48,569 bases of DNA from Diploschistes diacapsis (lineage: Eukaryota). The DNA lies in the NCBI GenBank assembly GCA_023645945.1, contig JALAIB010000017.1, positions 1 to 48,569 on the forward strand. The letters are read 5' to 3'. The position numbers and the translations under genes were made by a program. The first letter of the stretch is position 1; every line of letters begins with the position of its first letter. Of this stretch, positions 39,111-48,569 are shown in pieces. Under the pieces are notes generated by a model. The model had not been told where the DNA came from. It searched no databases and worked only from the letters and a program-made list of their open reading frames with translations.

Positions 39111-42058
39111 CGAAGCTTGAACGTCGCCTCACCGCGACCGGCTTCATTGAATCGGCGTTCGGCTGTCGGCTGAGGTCGGTCATCTGTCATGTGCCTGATG
39201 GGATAAGCGGACCAGGAGAAACGCGGCGTTTCTGATTAAAGCGCTTAATACTTCATCCTCTAGGGGGCTCCGCAATTGGGAGAAGCGAAGCGAGGAGAGC
39301 CGCCAAAGAACGGGAGGCTAAAGCCGAGCTCCTTTGATTAGCTTACCCGCTAGCATGCTAGCGAGCAGGGAGTAGTGGGCAGTGGTGACCCCGGCGCCTG
39401 AATGTCGTTGGTGGCCATAGTGCTGCGCTCCTCTTTCATGACATTATCAGATGCGGCTAGATATGTCGCTTGAGTCCTACAGCCGGATTGCGAAAGATTG
39501 GGTGCAAGTATCTTGCTTCTGGCGAAAAGAGGAGTTCTAAAGAGGCACCGGTTGGCTGGGCAAACGCTTTGACGATGGCGGAAGCCATGCTAAGTTGTAG
39601 ATGAGTGTGACCCACTTCGTTCCTTAATCTCTTCCCTTCTCTTCAAAAGCTGTCAACGTCCATGGCATTATGGGCGCTGGCTAGTGGCTACAAGCGGATT
39701 AACAAAGACACGTTGTGGCCAGGTGCAATACTAACGGGCGATGAAGTCGCGATGGAAGACAAGGGTTTCGAGCGGTGGAGATAGGCAATTCAATGTTTCA
39801 AGAACGTGGGACTGACAAGGCAGGAAAGCTGATAGTCCTGATGCCTCGATTTGTGGCAGATTCTTTCCAAAGGCAGACGATGGATGACAAAACGGGAGGC
39901 TGGCGAAGTTCGAGGCCTTAACAGAGCGGCAACCATCTTGTCAATAGAGAGTGAACGGAACCAAGGTAAGCGTTCAATGAATTATAAATTGTATAATGCA
40001 CTTGGATGCCGAGCACGAAGCATTGAAAAGCACAGTCGGAGATGAAGAGCACAATGGTGCTCACGCAGATGATTCTCCGCTTCAATATAGGTATTGTGGC
40101 TACATTGTTTCAAGACGCTCCATCGTGTGCTAAGTGCCGCTGCAAGTCGACGACTAAGCGGAGACAACGCGCCTGAACAGGGAGACATGTTCACCGGGCT
40201 CCTTCTCCGTTTGGGTATGAGAGCCGCTCAAGCTTGTTGGGGGCGGAGGAACTGCACGAAGCTTTCGGTTTTGTCTTCCTCTATAATAACACCCAAATAC
40301 TTCAGACGTTGATTCTCAAGGCCTTGCGCATCTAGCTGGCACCAACAACACATCATACTGTTCCGAAATATTGACCCGTCGTCCGGCTCCTGTCTTGCCT
40401 AAATGCTGGGGCAAATGCTCAGCGACCGGGTCATGCTGGTTGGTTGCACCTAATAATGGATAGGAAGACATGTCCATCGGCAAATATGTGCAGCTACGAG
40501 GAATGCTCAACGTTTCTTTCGGAAGGGAAGAAAAGACTGCATGTTTACCTTGCTTGTCGTGGTCTGCTGTGTGCTTGGCGCAGCTTCATCGTTCAGATCC
40601 TGTCTTGCCCAAGTGTCCAGGCAAACACTCGGGGCGACGATGTCATCCTGCCAGCTGCACCCAATTACCTGCAAACGACACATGTCCACAAAGAGCTTCC
40701 GTACTTTGTGTGGAGTGAGCGCTCAAGTTTTTCTTTCCATGGGGAGTAAGAAACCGCCTAGCTACTTTGCTTTTCATTTCCCCTCCACATATCTTGAATG
40801 CTCTGGAGCATCAATTCTGATGATCTTGTTGATCTGGTCGGTGCCGCATCTTGCATCTTGCCGCAAAGTCTGTTGTGTTGAGAAATCTTCATAGCGACGT
40901 GTCCCGATATCTTTAGATGTATCGGCCCCATGGAAAAGGGGAGGGGGGGGAAGTGACTACAGTATCTAGTAAGAGTGGAGCATCCGCGACCCCATTTGCT
41001 TTTATGTCCCTAAAGGAACTCGCTTCGTGGAGAGAAGAAAATAAAAGGGACTACAATATCCAAGAGGAGTGGAGCAATTCCCAGCCACATATTTACTTTT
41101 CCATTCTCTATGTTTTCTGGGCGGACATGCGGTCTGTTGCTCATGAACACTTGTCTACAGAATACGCAAACGCGGAGTGGTACTGGTGGTGCCCGAAAAG
41201 GGGGCGAGTCTCTTCTCTGGCGCTTGGCTTTCTCCTGCGCATACCGTGTATGTGGGATGGGGTAGGGTTTCGGCTCTGTCTGTATTTGAACTGTATGTAG
41301 CTTTGATGGCAAACTCCGTCATTAAGAAGACTGAACTCGTGTTGACATGAGCGAACGAAGGCGATCTACAGGTCCATGGGGGCGATATATTGGAGCATTC
41401 TCTTACGTTACGAAGTCAGTTGTGAGGCAGAATCGCAAAATGGCGCTTAAGCACTCAGTGCACTGAGCACTGTACTAGCTAGCCGTCCTTTTCGGACACC
41501 AAAGGTGGAAAGAACTCATCTCTTCGACCGTAGTAGACAGCTTGGCAATTTTTGCACCGTTTCCCAATTTTTTCCCAGCCATACTGGTGGTTGGTGGTTC
41601 AACGGTTTTCAGCCTTATGATTGTCGACAGAGCATGAAGCTCTTCCCAGTCCTTGTGACAAACCCGGGCCCAGGCAAAAACAAGGGCCTATTATGCTCAT
41701 TTCCACTCGATGGTAATACAGTATTGCAGCCTCACCAAAGAGCCACGCTTGGCTTGGTACAGCTGTGTGTCCGTATCCGAGATGGCTAGCAATCCAGTGC
41801 CAGATAATGTGCCATACGTATGTAAAGGTATTTTCAAATCCTGAGTGTAATTCATAATGGAACGCTATGCTAAGACGCCATGGCCATGCTGTTCTGAAAT
41901 GATCCATAATGTGGGATCCAGCAATAATTCTGCATATGCTTTGGGTATCATGGCTTGGATCAAATCGCGAAGATTTCAAGAGGAAATAATGAGGGCAGTC
42001 GGGGCAAGTGTCCGAATCCAACATATGCCCAATTCCCGAGTTTCTGTTGGGCCGCATA

Positions 42059-43993
42059 CTACCGTCCTTGGTATGGATTGTGAGTCCAAGATTGAGGCGG
42101 ATATGCCTGGGCTATATACGGAACCACGCCAGCCCTGCGTTCGCTGGGCTTTCCGAGGGGCTGGTAATGCATATCGCTTGTACCAACGTTCTGGCTTGGG
42201 TTCGAGAGACTGGCGGAGGGTGGAGGAACGAGTAGCGTGTTGACGCCCCTGACGGGTCGGTATGGCGAGCTTCTGCTAATATTGTAATTCATAGGGGAAA
42301 GCAGATCCGTGGTAGGGGTCGTTGCCATGCCAACGGGTGAGCCTGACTTGGATGCGGCCATAGAAGATAGTGCCCGGTTCTGGGGGAAGTCCATTGGGGG
42401 AATCTTGATGCCCAACGACGGTAATTGGTTTGGTGGTGGTCTCAAAATGTCTCCTCTTTGTGGAAGCTGCGGGTTGTATACCGTTGACATTGCGCGATTG
42501 CTTGGTGGCGGAAGTTGAGCAGAGTATGGGGGTAGACCACTGGCCTGCTGCTGCGTGCGGGAGAAGTTGGGTATGGGTAATCGGGGAGGTGCATTATCCA
42601 CAGGACCGGTAAGACCTATGTTTCTCGAAACCCTCTTTGCCTGTGACTCCTCAAAAGATTCGTCATGGCTTCTCTTTCGACCCCGAGCTCTCAGATCAAC
42701 ATCTGGTAACCTTGCCAGAGGTGGAGGCACTGCCGGGCCATGGTAGGAAGGCGTGGGCATCGGCTGCGGCGGTCTCGTTGGTCCATTGATCGGCCGGATG
42801 GACCTAGCGGGAGATGAAACGTAGCTCGTTGGAGGAGACGAATAGGGGGTTTGGCTACCGACCAGCATGCTGGTAGGTGTACCAATTGCTGGCTCCTTCG
42901 GAGTGTTCAAAGCTCGCTCGAAGTAATCGTAGAACCTGCCGAGCTGAGCGTGCCAAGCCGACCATTCCTCCTGTGAAGCGTATAGTGTGTATCTCATGTT
43001 GCTAAGAAATTCAACCTCCATAATGTGAATTTCTGAAACGGAAATTCCAGATACCTCGGCCCAGGTCTTGTTGGTGTAAGTGTTGTCGTCAAGAACTGCA
43101 TTTTATTTAGTCATGATGGTATACGTCCTGGGAAACGAGACTCACATTTGTTTCCTAGCATCAAGGCCACCGTCATGAGCCTATATTCGCTCCCTGGCTT
43201 GCCTTTGACGGTTGGGTTCAACTTCTTCAGCCGATAGATGAACATTAAAGCCAGTAAAACAACGTTTGTCGAGACTTGAGTCGTTGAGAGAATCGTCGTA
43301 ACCCATTTTTGAAACCCCAAGGTGGGCTTTGCTTCGGGGATAAGCGGGCTCATAGGTGCCGGAGTGTTACTCGAGCCCTCCACACGGTGCAACGTAAAGG
43401 AGGATTCGAACCAGAATAGACAGGTGATCTAATCGAAGATCAGAATATCGTCTCTTGACCCCCCATGGCATACTTACTTGAGCTGCGAATTCAGCGAGGC
43501 TGCCTTGGCTCGAGTTAATGGCGGACGGGATTTGAAGATGTAGAGCGATCTGTTCCGACTCGGGCAACAAGCCCTTGCCCATGGCCTCTGGACCGCCATT
43601 CCTGCCGCTTCCAAGCCTTGGACTGCCTTCACGCGGGGGGGGGGAACAAGGTCGAGACGTCTGTTGGTATGTTCCGTTCCCGTGTCCATTTGCCTTGTAC
43701 AAGCCCCCGTAGGTCGGTGCTAACATCGAATTTACAACGGCGGCATCTGATACTGCCGGAAGCGAATAACGATGATTCGACGTTTGAGGCTTTGAGCCTC
43801 CAGTTTGTGACATTCTTTTAGGAACTGCTCCCCATCCGAAGGTCTGTGGGGGCTCTTCCCTTGGGCCCGGAGCTTGGTTGTGTAGCGGGATCAGTGGATA
43901 TCTGGCGTGGTAAGGAATTTGTGCGAGGTCGGGAGGGAGGTGATGGCCTGCCATTGAAGGCATGGGGGGCTGCCGGTGGAGGATTTCGATCAT
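42059..43993 (-). CDS. CLG1: Clg1/Pcl-type cyclin (Pho85 family)
   Basis: Motifs: GSLAEFAAQ/ITCLFWFES, KWVTTILSTTQVSTNVVLLALMFIYRLK, GSEYRLMTVALMLGNK/FLDDNTYTNKTWAEVSG and MEVEFLSNMRY, followed by a Pro/Ser-rich tail. Introns 43429-43477 and 43096-43145. Confidence 0.88.
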
Positions 43994-44518
43994 TGGAGCG
44001 GGATTCGTGATAGACGAGACAGTGAATCGGGTCGGTGTAGTATGGTTCGATTAGCAGGGCGGATGTTGTAGATCTTTCTATCTGGATGGAGGCATGTCTA
44101 GATCCGTTCAGTCACCGCACACAGTCAACACCGAGCTTTGTTGGAAAGGGGTCAAAGAAGTGACGGTCTGGTGAATCATCAATTGGTAGTTGTTGGAGAA
44201 AAATCGAATCCGCAGTTATGGAACGACAAAGCCCCGAATATACAAACAACGGGGTAGAGAATCCGGCCAGAGGTTGAAATAACGAAAGTCAAGTAAATGA
44301 TCAATTCACAGGAAGGTCGAGCGAAAACGGAGCCGTGGAATAGAGACTAGACAAAGGAGATAAATTGAGATGGTTGTGTAAAGCGTCGTGGTATGATTAA
44401 CCCCAGTCGACCCACACAAGGAATTCAAAATCATGGCTAGAAGAAGACTTGCTGTGACGGTGTGAGAGGTAGATGGGGCTTCTGTTGTCCATCATCCTGC
44501 TACTACGGAGTGCTCTAG

Positions 44519-44997
44519 TAATTAGTAGTAGTAATAGTAGTAGTAGTAGTAGGTGGTTGTAGAAACAGGTAATTGTTAGGTATCCAGCATGGAGACGAAA
44601 AGGCACGCTGGGCGCAGGCTTGTAGCAAAGTTTGGGAGTGTGCAATCATCCCTGGAAAGGACCGAGTGGCTCCCCCCCATATGATTTGTCTAGGTGATTA
44701 TGGAGGCCTTCCAAAGGGAGGGGGTTTTTTTTTTTTCGTTTTCACCGTCCATTCCTAGTGCCCAGCGGTCCGGCAGACAAGGAACAACATTGGATTGGAA
44801 TGGAATGGAAGGGAAGGGAGCAGGGCAAAGCAAGCAGGCGTTGGCGGTAGAAGGCGTAGGCGGAGACACGCAAGTTGCAGCGCACGGCAGCTAGGAAGGA
44901 GTAGGTGAGGTGGTACTCTGTAGGTAACTGCGTGCTACTGCGTACTCCGTATAGCGTGCGGGTACAGGGGTATAGGGAGGCTGCGGTGCAAACAATG

Positions 44998-45034
<37 letters not shown>

Positions 45035-45376
45035 TAATGATAATCCTCAGAATAATGAACATGATGATGGATGGGGCTACCAGTGGTATTATTCGTGGCG
45101 GTTATGTGCTAGTGCGTACAGAAGTGAGTGCAAGTTGTGCGCAGAATCATTACTAGTCCTGCAAAAAGCGACTTAGTCAAGTCAGGATGGGATGGCATGG
45201 GATGGCATGGGATGGGATAGCGGGCCTAGCTCACCTGTCTCTCACCTGTCTCTCACCTCACCTCACCTCACCTTATAGGCGAGCTTCAAGCTTGTACGGC
45301 TCGGTTGGTGCAAATGCCAGACGACAAATTGGTATTGGTATTGGTACTGGTATTGGTATTGGTATTGGTATTGGTT
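44519..45376. repeat. Cluster of microsatellites upstream of the cyclin
   Basis: Approximate positions: (TAG)n 44519-44551, (TGGAA)n 44791-44810, (ATA)n 44995-45043, (GGATG/GCATG)n 45185-45217, (CTCAC)n 45229-45272 and (TTGGTA)n 45329-45376. Confidence 0.9.
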
Positions 45377-47024
45377 TCACTTCTACTAGTAGACGAGAGA
45401 CCAAGCTGAGCTAGCAGCCATCAAGCATACAGAAGAAGCAGCAGACTAGCCGCAGTATGTTACCACTAGTCAGTACCCGACACACACAAGATAAAAACCG
45501 GCGGATCATCATAATCAATATCACATCACACGGAGCAGGAAAGGGTAACTACAAGTCTACAACGTACAAATTGAAGGTACTTGACTTCCCGTAATCTGTT
45601 CATTGGATAGTGGCCTGCCTGACAACAATTCACACCAGTGATTGCTGCTTTCGTATTGTAACCGGGCTTATGATCCTACTGTCCAAATCTGGGGAGTTTC
45701 GTATCGGTGGAACCGTGAGCACATTCAAGAGATCCCGGTGGCTCTTTTTCTCCTGAAATTTGGGTGGTCTGGTTGGAATGAGAGGAGGATCACGCCGTCC
45801 CAAAGGTCGCATGTACAGAGTAAATGGGTGAATGGATGGGATGGTCATGAAAAAGGCAGTAGTTAGATGATGGGGAGCTGGTGGGCAGAGCTCTTGATAT
45901 CCAGCCAATGAGGTGCTGAAGAATCTAAAATCATCAAATTATCTCTAATATGCGCGTTCATTGGCTAGAATTTTTCTTTTCTTGTTGCGGTCACACCCTC
46001 TCTGTGAGGTGGATAAAAAAGTGTCTGGCCCGCTTCTCCGTCGCGATGAAGAAGTTCACCACCCTCATCCTGTAGCGCGGAACCCTCGTTTCCCCCTTCG
46101 GTTATTGTCATCGTCGTCAGCATCAGCATCATCATTATGAATTAACTGCATAAGAGTCAGAGTCTATGCCGTTGTGTGCTTATGATCCCTTTGCACCAAC
46201 ACGCAACATTCCAGCCCACTGAAATTTATCCCATTGCATTGCCCAAGCAAAAGGCGCCAGCACGCATGGCAGGGATCTTTCATCACTCGTTCCTTGTCGT
46301 CCCCCCTTTCTTGGAACATCTTGACGGTACGGAAGCACGTACCAAATGAGAAACTCTCTCACCTGACTTGCCGCCCATCGTTGGTCCGATCATAAACTGC
46401 TAAGCCGCCCTCTTTTATCGAAACGAAGGGAACAGTACTGCGTACAGTATGCGGGAAGCGGACACACAATTTTGAATGGGTTTAGGGAAACACTTGATCC
46501 GCTTCTGCGTTACCGAAACTTGTCCACGAATCGCCGCCCGCATGTTATATAACTGGTCTTCTAACTGGCGGCGGCTTCTGTGCGCAAGGGGGCTGGGGAA
46601 TCAGGAAAATCCGTACGTTTGTGCCCTTGATGTTGCATCCAAGACAAGCAATCCCATATCCGCTATCTTCGCGAAACATGTGTTACCGAAAATGACAGAT
46701 GCAATCTGTCTTCATCTGCCCCACTGAATCTTTAGCCTGCCAGGCTATGTCGCAGACGCTGGGCAATAGGATTAGGATTGGGATATGCGTGGTCAATACA
46801 ACTGCGAACATCTCAATCTCCTTGCTTGAAAACAGGGGGCGGGATCCCCCATTCCAGCATTCCACAGTTAGGAGGTTATATACATACCATTTGCCGTGTT
46901 AACCTTGTTATCGTAAGCAGCCCGGGCCGAGTTTGTTTTTGGCCATTCATGGCACATCTAAGGTGGTGCTACAAATTGAAGGCAACATTCCCCATTATTT
47001 GCTTAAGGCGTGCATATCCGTAAT

Positions 47025-47056
47025 CAGTAGTAGTAATAATAATAATAATAATAATA
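47025..47056. repeat. (AGT)n/(AAT)n microsatellite
   Basis: Read directly: cagtagtagtaataataataataataataatag. Confidence 0.85.
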
Positions 47057-48397
47057 GGGGAAGTGAATTGCATTTGGCGTAGGCTAGGCATGCTGGCGGC
47101 TTACGATTGTGCAGTTTGTTGATCCGATCAGACAGTATCCATATCGGAGAGGCCAAGGCGGATGTCATCAGTTCAAGTCATTGCCCCCACCCTATCGACC
47201 TTGAACCTTTGCCTTGCCTTGCGACCCACACAGCCAGCCCCAGGTCTCGCCGAGATTACTGAGTTACGTATTTGACTTTGCCAACGAGAATACAACCCCC
47301 TAATAGTCTGGTTTCCTATGGAGCGACGCGTTGTGGATGAGTTTTCGCGCAAAGGGAACTGATCCCGTTCCGATCAACTTGTGCATATTGGGTTGGATCT
47401 ACGAAGAGAGACATGAGGCCCTTCTGCAGCGGATCTTCACCGACTTATTGAGACCAGTCTACTCGAGGACACTTTGCATCGGCTTGCGTGATGAGGATAA
47501 GGGCAAATTTGCAACATGGGGCCCACGGATATAACGGATGCAGCTCGTTAATATCTGCCTAGCCTATCTTTCCCATAGCACCACAAGCACCTCGGTTGGT
47601 TCTGGTGATACAGCAACTTCGAGGCGCTCGAAAGCAATGAATCGAACTGCTAGCGGGTCAGACCTGTGCTGATCTGTATCACATTCGCCTTCTTGGCTTA
47701 CTTGGGTACCATTCACTGCAACTTTAACAGCACTTTTGCTAAACGATGTTTAAAAGGGCTTCATAAAGCCTGATCATGCTCGTTATTACGAAGTACTACC
47801 GCGGGCCGATCTACTGGTTGCAGGCTGAAAGCGGGACGTTGGTCAGCAATACACGAAAGAGAAGGAGGAACAAGGAGGTGACTCCTGTGCTATTGGCTTT
47901 CCCTCATCTCCGAAAGGTTCTGCTATTTTCCAATATGTGGGCGCCGGGGCTCAAGCAATTGACTAGCCATGCCGCCGACTCCCAAATATTCTTGACCACT
48001 GTTGATTGCTGCCAGAGACCTGGAAGGCTGCTCAAAGGCACTGGTGGCGGCGAAATCATGCGAGAAGGCACCGACGAGAAGTTTCCCAATCTCTGTTAGC
48101 ATCGCCGGGAGCCTGGACGGACACATACTTCTGCTTAGAGAGAAAGCAACCAAAGACCTGCATTTGGCCCTCGGACAGAGGCTCTGTGACCTGGCTGTTC
48201 GCTCGCTGTGTAGTGCGGCTATCCTTTCCGGGACATGCCAGTGTGAAACATTTTGTGTTTAGATTTAATGCCATTATGTCGGTGTCTAGGCAATATTTCA
48301 CAGGTATAGTTAACTTTCAACTTATCCAACCTTCATTTCCGCCTTAGCCTATAACTATACGTAAAATTTAAAAAAGTATATTGTCATTAATCACGTA

Positions 48398-48569
48398 TTT
48401 TTAATTCCTAAGCGAAGCGCAGGACTATAGTTGCAGATTAGTGTGTTTATGGGCGTAGAAAAAACCGTAGATAAGAAATTAACTCCGAAAGTATCAGTCA
48501 AGGGTTTGATTGGCCGAAATGAATTTTAACGGATTTGATTGGCCGAACTGAACTGAACTATTACGTGGC
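48398..48569 (+). mobile_element. Putative terminus of a Helentron/DINE-1-like repeat, truncated by the window edge
   Basis: A T-run is followed by the hairpin TCCT-AA-GCGAAGC-GC-AGGA, whose 47-nt segment recurs at 4373-4419. There is an internal direct repeat TTTGATTGGCCGAA (48505-48518, 48534-48547) and (GAACT)3. The stretch is AT-rich relative to the rest of the window. Confidence 0.5.

Noticed and set aside
39348..39363. Perfect 16-bp palindrome CGCTAGCATGCTAGCG (also a 14-bp one at 41454-41467)
   Set aside because: About one 16-bp palindrome is expected by chance in 48 kb, and there is no supporting context.
44742..45156. ORFs with poly-Ile tracts resembling signal or TM segments
   Set aside because: They are translations of the (ATA)n microsatellite on both strands.
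48304..48360. 9-bp inverted repeat GTATAGTTA/TAACTATAC as a tiny MITE
   Set aside because: Too short in an AT-rich context, with no TSD or second copy seen.

Overview
Filamentous ascomycete (Pezizomycotina-type) nuclear DNA with short GT-AG introns of about 45-80 nt. Apparently intact genes: a GNS1/SUR4 (ELO) elongase, the EFL1/RIA1 GTPase, a tandem-PH (Opy1-like) protein, a hypothetical protein, RRB1, an alpha-arrestin and a Clg1-like cyclin. Between them lie at least seven decayed genes. Four form a dead secondary-metabolite cluster at about 3.9-17.5 kb: a PTH11-like membrane protein, two flavin monooxygenases and a highly reducing PKS. The other three are a sulfite oxidase, an amino-acid permease and a second PTH11-like remnant. 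The most unusual signal is a 47-nt hairpin-bearing sequence present twice, inverted and 44 kb apart. One copy is a 43-nt insertion in a T-run that breaks the PTH11-like gene (4374-4416). The other starts an AT-rich, Helentron/DINE-1-like stretch that runs off the right edge (from about 48400). All family calls are from motif recognition by eye, with no database searches. Pseudogene boundaries are approximate.
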